The notes under the pieces: generated by a model
Told to the model about the DNA's origin: nothing
Database searches by the model: none
What the model saw: the letters and a program-made list of their open reading frames with translations, nothing else
Shown here: positions 23,001 to 32,371 of the stretch, in pieces
Position numbering within the stretch: the first letter of the stretch is position 1
How the letters are laid out: every line of letters starts with the position of its first letter
NCBI GenBank assembly: GCA_038243585.1
Contig: JBBSQY010000015.1
Coordinates: 1-64,000 of the forward strand
Origin: Candidatus Sumerlaeales bacterium
Lineage (GTDB): Bacteria; Sumerlaeota; Sumerlaeia; Sumerlaeales; Sumerlaeaceae
Reading direction: 5' to 3'
DNA: 64,000 nucleotides
Translations under genes and position numbers: made by a program

Positions 23001-23324
23001 GATAATCAGGACTCGTTAATTTCCATCGGAACTGGGACAAAAAGCCTGGCCGAGGTCTCAGCCGTTGCAAACAGCTGGGTCAACTTTCGGATGCAGGTCG
23101 ATCCTGCGGCGGTTGCAGGTCAGCAGATCATTATGCAGATAAACGATGTCGACGTATATCGCGGATCTATTCCTGCCGGCGCACCCGTTACGGGCGCTGT
23201 AATGGTTGGCCACCGGGAAGCAGGCGGCGGAGTTCAGGCAATGGAGGGTACGTGGGTTGATAATTTACTAATTTCACGTGCAACCCGTCCCGCCTCAGTT
23301 GCCGATTTTGGACTCTACGAGTAG
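20097..23324 (+). CDS. Large secreted GH18-family glycoside hydrolase with lamin-tail-like and beta-sandwich domains
   Basis: LTHI, GVNFDFE catalytic motif, YDF, GLPPEKMVL, GVGWWSL; YVINEFRY..SEFVEI lamin-tail-like motif; signal peptide ending ICA/Q. True start probably somewhat downstream. Confidence 0.75.
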   Translation: MIYNDELHALMIFRSSKETCIPTLPARTSKLNLLRSALFSISLCLSSASICAQVSPPEFINFGYVQNNAVLPYIQYSALTHIAPPFVNFDTNGNLISPSNFTTGRNADLKANGAAQRAGTKVIACVRNNGFSDSILASVMQDPAKRTALVNGVRNLVLNDPYCQGVNFDFETSWDTTTRDGITLFLQAIRAAIPPPYEVSVYTHPTFRASYWDVSGIVNSIDYMLYSTYDFGTSRAHANADFDAALKQIAGYLDAGLPPEKMVLTWVSYGRRWFNTETSGYDVTGFKQSQGFFDTMYDTTLRQANGGPFTPTYLRGDEISYHTYQQGEMKFTAVGETPESLEYKITSALNFPGYNGAYKGVRFRGVGWWSLMWAGKYFRDFQYSTDPNISPPASDFSSYDPITGSVVPRSPYYRHIDLLVQEILKKPGQTQFDLESFENANPHWRDPNESPDTSGDTDKDSKFEWLTAPNASGRPAGTTIAGRLYFDFESTSGNKVFLRHEMLNNRTETNVVDTNAALALVSRNTRVRGHYYVSGNYSARKLRLALVDGLRQVEVSDPVTLPANPGWNTFQWDINDPSQINAWTTSEPSLLSGNGVVDNKVSGTPESRDISFLGFIVEGGGAGSGTIYFDSLTYEAVAPPSSNTKPYVINEFRYSNSASEFVEISGPPGPFPAGMQLLSYKASDGSVYKSTSLASQSIPASGYFIVGDVGVSGASGNTGFTPVNWGAGTADLPNTTPGSLQLYNAITGYAYDSAVYGAFGGVGDLSRIQTRRVTGEGYGWMGNVGPGLSGDGQPYTMGRMPDGADTNVNQRDFSFMPPTPGQPNGASGIIDTLLDFSTTPLSAFQTYQNLKFVTPASGGIPPSPGGGIVYRCVDTSGGGVVGVFGDAQMGAEDGLQVTGQLYIPAMDHPAQAVAVGFCGTQGSSFFADTPDSTGYDNGYWLVYENGVINLADGQPSHPQQFQLIAASNDNQDSLISIGTGTKSLAEVSAVANSWVNFRMQVDPAAVAGQQIIMQINDVDVYRGSIPAGAPVTGAVMVGHREAGGGVQAMEGTWVDNLLISRATRPASVADFGLYE

Positions 23325-23471
23325 AATACAGGGTAGCCCGGCGGGTCACACCTACCGCAACTCATTCTTTGCGCCCGTGAATTCGCAATCATTTAAGTTA
23401 TATTTTTTCCCGCCGCGGAAAAGGTAATGCTTGGTCGTGTGCTCCATTCGTGAAGGCAGGTCAAGTAAACA

Positions 23472-25382
23472 GTGGTAATTAATAACGATTCAATACGCAA
23501 CGTAGCCATCATCGCACATATCGATCATGGCAAAACAACCCTGATGGACGCTATTTTACAGCAGTCCAAGATATTCCGTAGCAACGAACACATGGATACC
23601 CGTGTGATGGACAGCAACGACCAGGAAAAAGAACGCGGCATAACGATCTTTTCAAAAAACACGTCTATCATGTACGGCGATACGAAGATTAACTTTGTCG
23701 ACACCCCCGGCCACGCCGACTTTGCCGGCGAAGTTGAGCGCGTACTAAAAATGGTAAACGGTGTCTTATTGCTGGTTGATGCCAGCGAAGGCCCAATGCC
23801 CCAGACGCGGTTCGTATTAAAAAAAGCCATGGAACTTCACTTGAAGCCCATCGTGGTAATCAACAAAATCGACCGCCCGTCCGCCCGCTGTCCTGAGGTA
23901 TTGGACATGGTTCTCGATCTGTTTATCGAGCTGGGAGCGGATGAAAACCAAATTGAGTTTCCTTTCATATATGCAAGTGCGCTTCAAGGATTTGCCCGGG
24001 TAGAACCGGATGACGGCAACATGAATTTGGCTCCGCTGTTCGATAGTATCATCAAAAACATTCCGGCGCCAGAAGGCAGCCCTGACGAACCATTCTTGAT
24101 GCAGGTTTCGACCTTGGAATATAATGATTTCCTGGGTAAAATCGCCTGTGGCCGGATTTTGAACGGAGTCGTTAAACCTGGCGACTCGGTGGCTCGTGTA
24201 TGGAAGGGTGCTCAAAGCGTCGAGCGGGGAATTGAATCCGCAGCCAGTGAAGAAGAACTTTTAGCGACGGAAAAATCCGACGGTACCCATCGCCAGACGG
24301 GTCGCGTTACCAAAGTGTTTGGCTATGAAGGCATTAAGCGGGTTGAGCTGGCAGAGGGTCGCTCCGGCGATATCGTGCTTTTGGCTGGCTTGGACGAGCC
24401 TCATATCGGAGACACCATCGGAGCGCCGGGCCTGCAGGAACCATTGTTGTTCGTAGAGATCGATCAGCCTACGCTGTCTATGAACTTTATGACGAACAAC
24501 AGTCCGTTCGCTGGCAAAGACGGAAAATTTGTTACGATCCGAAAGATCCGCGAGCGCCTGGAACGGGAACTGAAAACTAACGTTAGTCTGCGAGTTCACG
24601 AAACCGAGAGCGCCGACTCGCTGAAGGTTTCCGGACGTGGCGAGTTGCATCTGGGCGTGCTTATCGAGACAATGCGCCGGGAAGGCTATGAACTTCAGAT
24701 CAGCCGCCCGCGCGTTATTACTCATCGTGTTAACGGACAGCTGCAGGAACCAATCGAGTTTCTCGTGCTTGACCTACAGGAAGACTACGTTGGCGGTATG
24801 ATGGAGGTGCTGGGCGAACGTCGCGCGGAAATGATCAACATGATCAACAACGGCGCCGGACTTGTCCGTCTGGAATACCATGCTCCTACGCGTGGACTTA
24901 TCGGCTTGCGCAGCATTTTGCTGAACTCGACCCGCGGCACAGGCATAATGAGCCATCAGTTTGAGAAATACGATGCATGGCGGGGATCGATTCCGGAAAG
25001 AAGCCGCGGCGCTCTCGTAGTGCAGGAAGCAGGCAAGGCAACCGGCTTCGCCATTAACAATATGCAGGAGCGCGCTACGCTGTTTATCGCGCCGGGCACC
25101 GAAGTATACCAAGGTATGATCATCGGCGAGAACAGCCGCCAGGATGACATGGTCGTCAACATTATCAAAGAGAAAAAGCTCACCAATATGCGCGCATCTG
25201 GCAGCGATGACAACATCATGCTGACGCCTCCCCGCATCTTCAGCCTTGAGCAGGCTCTTGAATTCATTAATGACGACGAACTCGTGGAGGTAACTCCGAA
25301 CTTCCTGCGACTTCGCAAACGCTATTTGACTCATGAAGATCGTGTTCGTGCTAAAAAGCGCGAGCAGGCATTCGTCAGCTAA
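23472..25382 (+). CDS. typA: Translational GTPase TypA/BipA
   Basis: AHIDHGKTT, ERGITI, DTPGHADF, GRGELHLG, KKLTNMRASG. Confidence 0.97.
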   Translation: MVINNDSIRNVAIIAHIDHGKTTLMDAILQQSKIFRSNEHMDTRVMDSNDQEKERGITIFSKNTSIMYGDTKINFVDTPGHADFAGEVERVLKMVNGVLLLVDASEGPMPQTRFVLKKAMELHLKPIVVINKIDRPSARCPEVLDMVLDLFIELGADENQIEFPFIYASALQGFARVEPDDGNMNLAPLFDSIIKNIPAPEGSPDEPFLMQVSTLEYNDFLGKIACGRILNGVVKPGDSVARVWKGAQSVERGIESAASEEELLATEKSDGTHRQTGRVTKVFGYEGIKRVELAEGRSGDIVLLAGLDEPHIGDTIGAPGLQEPLLFVEIDQPTLSMNFMTNNSPFAGKDGKFVTIRKIRERLERELKTNVSLRVHETESADSLKVSGRGELHLGVLIETMRREGYELQISRPRVITHRVNGQLQEPIEFLVLDLQEDYVGGMMEVLGERRAEMINMINNGAGLVRLEYHAPTRGLIGLRSILLNSTRGTGIMSHQFEKYDAWRGSIPERSRGALVVQEAGKATGFAINNMQERATLFIAPGTEVYQGMIIGENSRQDDMVVNIIKEKKLTNMRASGSDDNIMLTPPRIFSLEQALEFINDDELVEVTPNFLRLRKRYLTHEDRVRAKKREQAFVS

Positions 25383-25422
25383 AAAACGTTAAGTACTGGC
25401 GCAGACAGCCAACATAATAATG

Positions 25423-25459
25423 ACCGGGCAGGGCTTAAAACCTGCCCGGTATTTTTATT
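25423..25459 (+). terminator. Rho-independent terminator after typA
   Basis: ACCGGGCAGG/CCTGCCCGGT 10-bp stem followed by ATTTTTATT. Confidence 0.8.
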
Positions 25460-25504
25460 ACCCACGGTTAATATCCGGAGCGGCTTAAGGTTTCGAACTC
25501 TGTT

Positions 25505-26968
25505 TCACCCAGCCGGGTTATAACGTACCGGCGTATCGGAAAGTCGGATGCAGCCCCTGAGTTCTTCCATGTCAGAAAGTACCCCATGAGCAATCATTTG
25601 GACTCCGATGTTGCCCAACACAGTTGCCTCTGCGGGTCCTGCCAGCACTGGTCTTTTGATCGCATCGGCTGTCCATTGGCACAGGAGCTCATTTTGCGCT
25701 CCCCCGCCCACCACATGGAGAACATCGAAACTACGTCCGGAAAGGCGTTCGAGGGTAGCCAGAACTTCGGAATACCGGGCGGCCAGACTCTTCAAAATAC
25801 ACCGGACTACGGCTCCGTCGCCCTCTCCCAGTTCAGCGCCTTGCTCGTGGCAGTACTCACGAATCCGCGAGGCCATATCGCCTGGAGGGAGGAACCTTGG
25901 ATCGTCAACATCGATCAACTTTGGAGAGTCTACCGCCGACCGCGCCATATCAGCAAGGGTCTGCCAATCGTAATCTCGACCTTCGAGCTTCCACTGCCTC
26001 TGACATTCCTGGACGATCCACAGCCCCATGATGTTTTTCAGAAAACGAAATGTGGAGAAAGCTCCGCCTTCGTTGGTAAAATTTGCGGCTCGTGCTTCTT
26101 CTGTAATCACGGGAGCGGACAACTCCGTACCCAGCAAAGACCAGGTCCCGGAAGACAGATACGCAAAGTCTTTCCCCAGGGCAGGAACTGCCGCCACAGC
26201 ACTGGCCGTATCGTGAGTGGCGACGGCGGTGACTTTGACCCCCGCCGCGTTCCATAGGCTGGCCAGTTCCGGCAGTAGTGGACCAATTGCAGTTCCAGGA
26301 TATATCACAGGGTGAAATAATTTTGTCGGCAGCCCGAGGGATCTCAGCAGTTCACTTGACCACTGTCCCCGCTCACCCTCAAAAAGCTGCGTTGTGGTGG
26401 CGTTTGTAAATTCGCAAGTCGCAGCGCCCGTCAAGCGCCACGCCACCAAGTCGGCGATCATCATAAACCGAGTGGCGCGGGCAAGTTGGTCCGGATCCAT
26501 CACCTTGAGGGCAGATAATTGGTAGATGGTGTTGAAAGGCAGAAACTGAATCCCGGTGGCGTCAAAAATTTTGCGGGGTGTAAGCTTCCCGGCAACCTGC
26601 TCCATTTGCCCGTCAGTTCGTTTATCCCTGTAGTGGACTATAGGGCCGACTAATTCGCCGCTGTCGTCCATCAGTCCGAAATCTACGGCCCAGGAATCAA
26701 TTCCGATGCTCACGACGGGACGCCCCGCCGCGCGTGCCAAAGCGATCCCTTCGCGCAGACCTTCCGAAATCTCGCTCATCAGTTCTTCAAAATTCCAGCA
26801 GAGGGCTCCATCAATTTGGATGGGTTTGTTCTGAAAGCGGCGGACCTCCTGGAGACGGAGACTCCTTGGGCTCTCTAGCCATCCGGTCATTACTCGCCCA
26901 CTGCTGGCACCGAGGTCTATGCCGAGGAAGGATTGATGGGTATTAGTGTGCATTGATTTAATGTCCAT
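25505..26968 (-). CDS. rhaB: Rhamnulokinase
   Basis: DLGASSGR, IDSWAVDF, YRD, HDTASAV, SSGTWSL, NEGG; adjacent to a rhamnose isomerase. Confidence 0.9.
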   Translation of the reverse strand: MDIKSMHTNTHQSFLGIDLGASSGRVMTGWLESPRSLRLQEVRRFQNKPIQIDGALCWNFEELMSEISEGLREGIALARAAGRPVVSIGIDSWAVDFGLMDDSGELVGPIVHYRDKRTDGQMEQVAGKLTPRKIFDATGIQFLPFNTIYQLSALKVMDPDQLARATRFMMIADLVAWRLTGAATCEFTNATTTQLFEGERGQWSSELLRSLGLPTKLFHPVIYPGTAIGPLLPELASLWNAAGVKVTAVATHDTASAVAAVPALGKDFAYLSSGTWSLLGTELSAPVITEEARAANFTNEGGAFSTFRFLKNIMGLWIVQECQRQWKLEGRDYDWQTLADMARSAVDSPKLIDVDDPRFLPPGDMASRIREYCHEQGAELGEGDGAVVRCILKSLAARYSEVLATLERLSGRSFDVLHVVGGGAQNELLCQWTADAIKRPVLAGPAEATVLGNIGVQMIAHGVLSDMEELRGCIRLSDTPVRYNPAG

Positions 26969-27028
26969 TTATCAAAATGAGAATGCCGGAGCACACAGAC
27001 ACGGATAAAAAATGCCGATCCATATTTA

Positions 27029-28252
27029 TTACCAGCTGGCACCCCCGGTGCCCCGGCCTGCAATTTTTTCTGTATAGCCACTTTCGCGAAAAGCAGTCAT
27101 TGGTTCAGGATGCAGATTCATGGTTTCGCGCAGGTTGCCCAGCCAGGGAGTTACGTCCTGTTCAAACGCCTCCCGAACCGTAGCTTCAGCTTCCATAACA
27201 TCGTTGGCTTCCTGAGCAGCGCGCAAGCGGTCCCACTGGATGAGAAGCGCCTTTGCAAACTGCGTCTGGCAATTCAGTACGCTGCGAATCATAGCTGGAA
27301 TTTTCGGTTCGATATTGTGAGACTGATCAATCATATAGGCGATCCGCGCGGCCGTTCTGCCGGCTTGCGTCTGCTCCCCTTCCCTGAGGGCAGATAAAAT
27401 CTGGTAAAAAATCAGGAAAAGTTCGTAAGGGTTGATCGACCCCACAATGAGATCGTCGTCAGCGTATTTGCGCGCGTTGAAATGGAAACCGCCCAGCCGT
27501 CCCTCATCAAGGAGAAATGCGACGATGTGCTCTACATTAGTGCCCTGGGCATGGTGGCCGGTGTCCACCAGCACCTCCGCCTTCGGGCCCAGCTTGTTGG
27601 CCAGATTGAACGCCATGCCCCAGTCAGCCAGATCGGTATGATAGAACGACGGCTCAAAGAATTTGTACTCGATCAACATGCGGTGGTTATCGCCCAGGTG
27701 AGCGTATGCCTCAGCGTGAGCTTCTTCCAGCCAGTGCTTTCGACGGCGCAAATCGGCCTGTCCTGGGTAATTTGTTCCGTCAGCATACCAGAGAGACAGT
27801 ATGTCTGAACCGGTCTGCTCCATCACTCCAACGCATTCGACGAGATGTTCGACAGCTTTGCGCCGCACGGACGGGTCAGCATTGCAGATGCTGCCAAGCA
27901 TGTATTGATCATCCTGAAACAGGTTAGGATTGATGGCACCAAGGCGCAGGTTCTGCTGCTCCGCATGAGCCCGAAGAGCAGCAAAGTCATCCACCTTATC
28001 CCATGGAATATGCAGCGCCACGGAAGGTGCGCATCCGGTGAGTCGGTGAACCATGGCGGCATCATCAAGTTTTTCAAACGGCGTTCGAGGCACGCCGGGC
28101 TTCCGAAAGACTTTAAAGCGGGTTCCGCTGTCGCCGTATCCCCACGAAGGGGTTTCAATCTGTAGCGCCGGCATCATTTCCCGCGCCCATTGAAGGTCAA
28201 TTCCACGGGTTTCCTGGGATTGAGTAAATGCCTGGAGGCTGAGGTTTGTCAT
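27029..28252 (-). CDS. rhaI: L-rhamnose isomerase (RhaI type)
   Basis: ETPSWG..GTRF, LHIPWD, EYKFFEP, DTGHH, HFN..YADDDL, IDQSHN. Confidence 0.9.
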   Translation of the reverse strand: MTNLSLQAFTQSQETRGIDLQWAREMMPALQIETPSWGYGDSGTRFKVFRKPGVPRTPFEKLDDAAMVHRLTGCAPSVALHIPWDKVDDFAALRAHAEQQNLRLGAINPNLFQDDQYMLGSICNADPSVRRKAVEHLVECVGVMEQTGSDILSLWYADGTNYPGQADLRRRKHWLEEAHAEAYAHLGDNHRMLIEYKFFEPSFYHTDLADWGMAFNLANKLGPKAEVLVDTGHHAQGTNVEHIVAFLLDEGRLGGFHFNARKYADDDLIVGSINPYELFLIFYQILSALREGEQTQAGRTAARIAYMIDQSHNIEPKIPAMIRSVLNCQTQFAKALLIQWDRLRAAQEANDVMEAEATVREAFEQDVTPWLGNLRETMNLHPEPMTAFRESGYTEKIAGRGTGGASW

Positions 28253-28324
28253 GGCTTCCCTTGTAAATTATCAATTTTGCTAAACGCGAACGAAGATGCT
28301 AAGGTTAAAGTAGAAATCTGATCC

Positions 28325-28873
28325 TCAAAAATCAATTCCCGGTCGCGCTTCCACTTTATGTTCATACCAGTAATGCTTGATCATGGTCATTTCTGTGACC
28401 AGGTCTGCTGCTTCAATTAGTGACGGCCAGGCTCCGCGACCGGTTAGCACGAGCTCACACTCAGTTACGGCTTTAAAACCAGACACCAGCGACATTACCG
28501 CCGTTTCAGGCAGGAGCTTTGTTCCAATGCATGTGACCACTTCATCGAGAATTATGAGTTTGTGTTTTCCAGTTTGAAGCAGCTCGAGCGCTTTTTGAAG
28601 CCCCTTATTTGCTTCGACGAGATCCTGCTCATTGTTCTGAAATCGAAACTTTCCGTCGGGCATCATTCGCTCAAGGCCAAACGGGAAAATATCCATGTTG
28701 TCCAGTTTACGCAGTATGTGGCGTTCATGGTAATGTTCATTTGTGCCGTCATACCCTTTGTCAAACTGAACAAAAGCTACTGGCATTCCAGCGCCCAAAG
28801 CACGAACCGCAAGACCAACGGCACAGGTGGTCTTGCCTTTTCCATTTCCTGTATAAACGTGCAGATAACCCAC
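28325..28873 (-). CDS. cobO: Cob(I)yrinic acid a,c-diamide adenosyltransferase (CobO/BtuR)
   Basis: YTGNGKGKTT, ILDE, LVLTGR, ADLVTEM..IKH, GIDF; GTG start after AAGGAG. Confidence 0.9.
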   Translation of the reverse strand: MGYLHVYTGNGKGKTTCAVGLAVRALGAGMPVAFVQFDKGYDGTNEHYHERHILRKLDNMDIFPFGLERMMPDGKFRFQNNEQDLVEANKGLQKALELLQTGKHKLIILDEVVTCIGTKLLPETAVMSLVSGFKAVTECELVLTGRGAWPSLIEAADLVTEMTMIKHYWYEHKVEARPGIDF

Positions 28874-28901
28874 GGCAGTCTCCTTTTGAAAGTTGTAGAA
28901 G

Positions 28902-30302
28902 CTACAAGTTAATACGTGCCCATCGTTCATTACGAAAGAAAAGATAAAGAATCATGGACCGGGCCGTCCAATCCATCATCGTTCCTATATAAATTCCATA
29001 GATTCCAAAGCCCATATAAAATGCCAGCCACCATGATGCGCCTACGCGTATGAAAGTGCCACAGATAATGGAGGCAATCATAGGCGAAACGGTGTCTCCC
29101 GCACCGCGAAGGCCGCCACCAAGTGCCATAGCTATGGCGAGTACCGGCTGTTCGATAGCGGCAATTATGAGTAACAGCGCGGCCACTTGCTGAATTTCCG
29201 GATTGCCGGGAGAGAATACCCGGACAATCGGGTCAGCAAAAACCATAAGCCCGACCGCTACAGCACTCATGGTAAGAACGCCGTATTTGGTGGTTAAACG
29301 AAATGCATCTTTGGCCTGAGGTACGTTTTTGGCGCCGAGTGCCTGACCCACCAATGCGGCCGCAGCAACCGCGAATCCGAGTCCGGCCATAAACGACAGG
29401 GCCTCCAACCGGGAAGCTATGGCATGGGCTGCCAAGGCGGCTGTTCCCAGCACCGCTATGAAGCGGAAGAATATCAAAAAACCAAAACTCAGCAGGAACT
29501 CTTCAATAAACGAAGGGATTGAAACTTTGAGGATAGTACGTAACGTTGGCAGATGAGGCACAAAGTGACGCCTTTTTAAATGGAAACCAGCTTTGCCGTG
29601 AAATAGCATCCAACTGACTACCGATGCAGAAAACAGCATAGAAACGGCGGTTGAAACCCCGGAGCCAGTGAGACCAAGAGCAGCCGTGCCGCCAAATCCA
29701 ATTGCGGCAATGGCAGGGATACCATATATAAGTGGAAAGTTTAAAAGAACGTGGAGCAGATTCATCCATAAAGTAACCCACATCGGAGTTTTCGTATCGC
29801 CGGTGGCGCGAAGGCTGGCCGCAATAACGGCAAAGACCAGCCGGGGTACTGAGGCTACCGCGATGATCTGCAGATAAGGCGTACCCGCAGCGATAACGTC
29901 CGCTTCAGCCTTCATCCAGATAAGAAGTTGCGGAGCCAGCAAAACCCCGCTGATTGCCATGCAGACTCCGACAAAAATAGCAATCAGTATGGATTGACCG
30001 ACAGTCTTGCCAAGGCGTTCCTTGTCGTCGGCCCCGGCACAGCGCGCCGCTAGGGCCATAGTGCCCCGGTCTATACATCCAAAAGTCATTTGCGCCCGCC
30101 AAAGTATCACGCCGGACATGGCGGCACCGGCGAGGGCCACCGGGCCATACCTGGCGATCATTACTGTATCGACCATTATTAACGAGGTTTGAAGGAGATT
30201 CTCGCCAATAGATGGGAGCGCAATCTGCCACACGCGGCGCTTCATTGGAAGGTCAGGGGCGGCATTAGTCAAAAGAGACCGGGATTGGTGAGTTATTTTC
30301 AC
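28902..30302 (-). CDS. MATE family efflux transporter
   Basis: 12-TM two-repeat pattern; LRATGDTKTP and LRGAGDT motifs. Confidence 0.9.
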   Translation of the reverse strand: MKITHQSRSLLTNAAPDLPMKRRVWQIALPSIGENLLQTSLIMVDTVMIARYGPVALAGAAMSGVILWRAQMTFGCIDRGTMALAARCAGADDKERLGKTVGQSILIAIFVGVCMAISGVLLAPQLLIWMKAEADVIAAGTPYLQIIAVASVPRLVFAVIAASLRATGDTKTPMWVTLWMNLLHVLLNFPLIYGIPAIAAIGFGGTAALGLTGSGVSTAVSMLFSASVVSWMLFHGKAGFHLKRRHFVPHLPTLRTILKVSIPSFIEEFLLSFGFLIFFRFIAVLGTAALAAHAIASRLEALSFMAGLGFAVAAAALVGQALGAKNVPQAKDAFRLTTKYGVLTMSAVAVGLMVFADPIVRVFSPGNPEIQQVAALLLIIAAIEQPVLAIAMALGGGLRGAGDTVSPMIASIICGTFIRVGASWWLAFYMGFGIYGIYIGTMMDWTARSMILYLFFRNERWARINL

Positions 30303-30459
30303 TGATGTGCTGACTTATATCTTTGCCAAACCGCGCAATTCTACCTCAGGCGATTTTAGGCCCACGTCTTGTTAAGGAAACAGCAAAGGCTATTAATTTA
30401 CCATGGGAACTACAAGACATGATACACAGTACCGGCTCCGGTGGCCGTCAGCAGGAACT

Positions 30460-31188
30460 ATGACGACTTTAGCAGAGCAGGATTCTGTTAATCTGCCGGA
30501 GGAGCTTCTATCTGTCCTTCTGCATGATCTCCGTTCGCCGTTGGGCGCCGTAAGTGTTCTCGTGGAACTTCTCTCTACGGTCTCTAAAGACGAAACCATG
30601 GCTATTGATCCCCGGCAGCTTCTCTTACTTCAGGAAGCATCCGTAAAGGCTCAAAGAATGCTTGATGATGCTGTAGAAATTCAGTCAGTGGTTCGGGGGA
30701 GCTCGACCTTCTCTTTTGCTCCTACCAAATTGAGCAGTCTTGTCGGAGTCTGTCTTGAGAAGGCAAGACAAGCTTTGTATTTTCAGGACGTAGATGTTAC
30801 ATATGACTATACTGAATCAGCCGGGCAAGAGGTCACAATCGACGTGGAAAAAGCGGAGATTGCAATATTATGTGTTCTGGAGCAGGCTGTTGCCCACACA
30901 CCGCGACCTATTTCTTTAAAAATTCACCAGTCGGTTGAGGCGCATTATGTAAACCTGCATATAGTTAATGAAACGATAGCGCTAACTAACGCAGGTGAAC
31001 TCGTCGCAGCGCCCATACGCCAGGCAATTCCTTTAAGAGGTAGACTAGGTAGCAGACGGGTGGGAGAAAGCCGGTACAGTTTTCAGGTGGCTCGCAAGGT
31101 AATGGGGCTAATGGGCGGCAACATTGAACAGCAACCTGATCAAAATGGAAGTGCAATCGTTATGAAATTCCCAATAGCGCCGGGTTAA
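30460..31188 (+). CDS. Sensorless HisKA protein with degenerate ATPase domain (ChpT-like phosphotransferase or pseudokinase)
   Basis: H-box LHDLRSPLGA intact; N, G1 and G2 boxes eroded. GCAGGA RBS before ATG 30460 (frame open from 30403). Confidence 0.65.
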   Translation: MTTLAEQDSVNLPEELLSVLLHDLRSPLGAVSVLVELLSTVSKDETMAIDPRQLLLLQEASVKAQRMLDDAVEIQSVVRGSSTFSFAPTKLSSLVGVCLEKARQALYFQDVDVTYDYTESAGQEVTIDVEKAEIAILCVLEQAVAHTPRPISLKIHQSVEAHYVNLHIVNETIALTNAGELVAAPIRQAIPLRGRLGSRRVGESRYSFQVARKVMGLMGGNIEQQPDQNGSAIVMKFPIAPG

Positions 31189-31314
31189 TTCCCGCTATAG
31201 GGTGTCCATAACCGCTAATGGAATCCACTATATTGTCTCTGATGTGAATCGCCATCGTTTTTAGATATAAAATCAGCCAATTAATGGTGGTCGTTATGGC
31301 ACCGGAGTCTATCT

Positions 31315-32298
31315 GTGAATACCGTAACAAAGTCGTCTCATATTCTTGAAGAAATTTCTGACTATCTACAGCCGGAACTGACCGCAGTGGAACGGGAGAT
31401 CAATACCGTTATCCAAAGCGACACCAGGCTGGTGGGGGAAGTTGGAGAATATGTATTGACTGGACGGGGCAAGCGCCTGCGTCCCATGATGCTTCTTTTG
31501 GTTGCCCGCGCTTGCGGCTATAGCGGAAAAAGCCATGTAAATGTAGCCGCGGCCCTTGAAATTATCCACACTGCGACTTTGCTGCATGACGATGTGATTG
31601 ATAAAGCACAGTTACGCCGGGGCAAGCCCAGTGTAAACGCCCGATGGGGCGATGACGTGGCTATCCTCATTGCAGATTACCTGTATGCCAACGCCTTTCG
31701 CCTGGCGATGCAATCTCTGAGCCCGGTTGTTATTAGCACCATTTGTCAGGTGACTGCGCAAATGTGTGAGGGAGAACTTTACCAGATTGAAAAACGCCAA
31801 CAATTTTTGACCACGGATGATTACCTGCGCATAGTTCGCCACAAAACCGCGTTTCTTTTTTCCGCATGTACGGGACTAGGAGCAGTGATCGCCGAACTCG
31901 GGGAAAAAGAAATACTTGAGTTGACCCGGTTTGGAATGGATTTTGGAATTGCATTTCAAATCATTGACGACACTCTGGACCTGGTGGCCGAAGGGGATGA
32001 GCTTGGAAAGGATAGCGGGACAGATATCCGAAATGGCAAGCAGACTCTGCCGCTGATCCGGGCGTTTGAACAAGCTGATCCAGCAGAACGGGAGCAGCTG
32101 CATAATCTCTGGCAGAACGGTAAAGACCCAGCTCCAATGCTGGAAATTATACGGCGGTATAACGGAATAGATCATTCGCTTACATTAGCACGCCAGTATT
32201 CTGATGAGGCTAAAACCCACCTGGCCGCATTGCCGGCAGGTAAGGCTGCGGATTTGTTTGCGCAGCTAGCGGACTATGTGACGGAGCGGACACGATAG
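31315..32298 (+). CDS. Long-chain trans-polyprenyl diphosphate synthase (IspB/HepT-like)
   Basis: GKRLRP, LHDDVID..RRG, FQIIDDTLD, GKQTLP. Confidence 0.93.
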   Translation: MNTVTKSSHILEEISDYLQPELTAVEREINTVIQSDTRLVGEVGEYVLTGRGKRLRPMMLLLVARACGYSGKSHVNVAAALEIIHTATLLHDDVIDKAQLRRGKPSVNARWGDDVAILIADYLYANAFRLAMQSLSPVVISTICQVTAQMCEGELYQIEKRQQFLTTDDYLRIVRHKTAFLFSACTGLGAVIAELGEKEILELTRFGMDFGIAFQIIDDTLDLVAEGDELGKDSGTDIRNGKQTLPLIRAFEQADPAEREQLHNLWQNGKDPAPMLEIIRRYNGIDHSLTLARQYSDEAKTHLAALPAGKAADLFAQLADYVTERTR

Positions 32299-32371
32299 CA
32301 GACGGAACTTTTAAAACAACCGTAAAAACTGCAAAAAGCGCATTTAAAGTACTTCGATGGAAGTGTCAAAA

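Noticed and set aside
30357..30374. Sigma-54-like site before the pseudokinase (AGGCCCACGTCTTGTT)
   Set aside because: The -12 dinucleotide is GT rather than GC and the -24 box is weak; not enough support.
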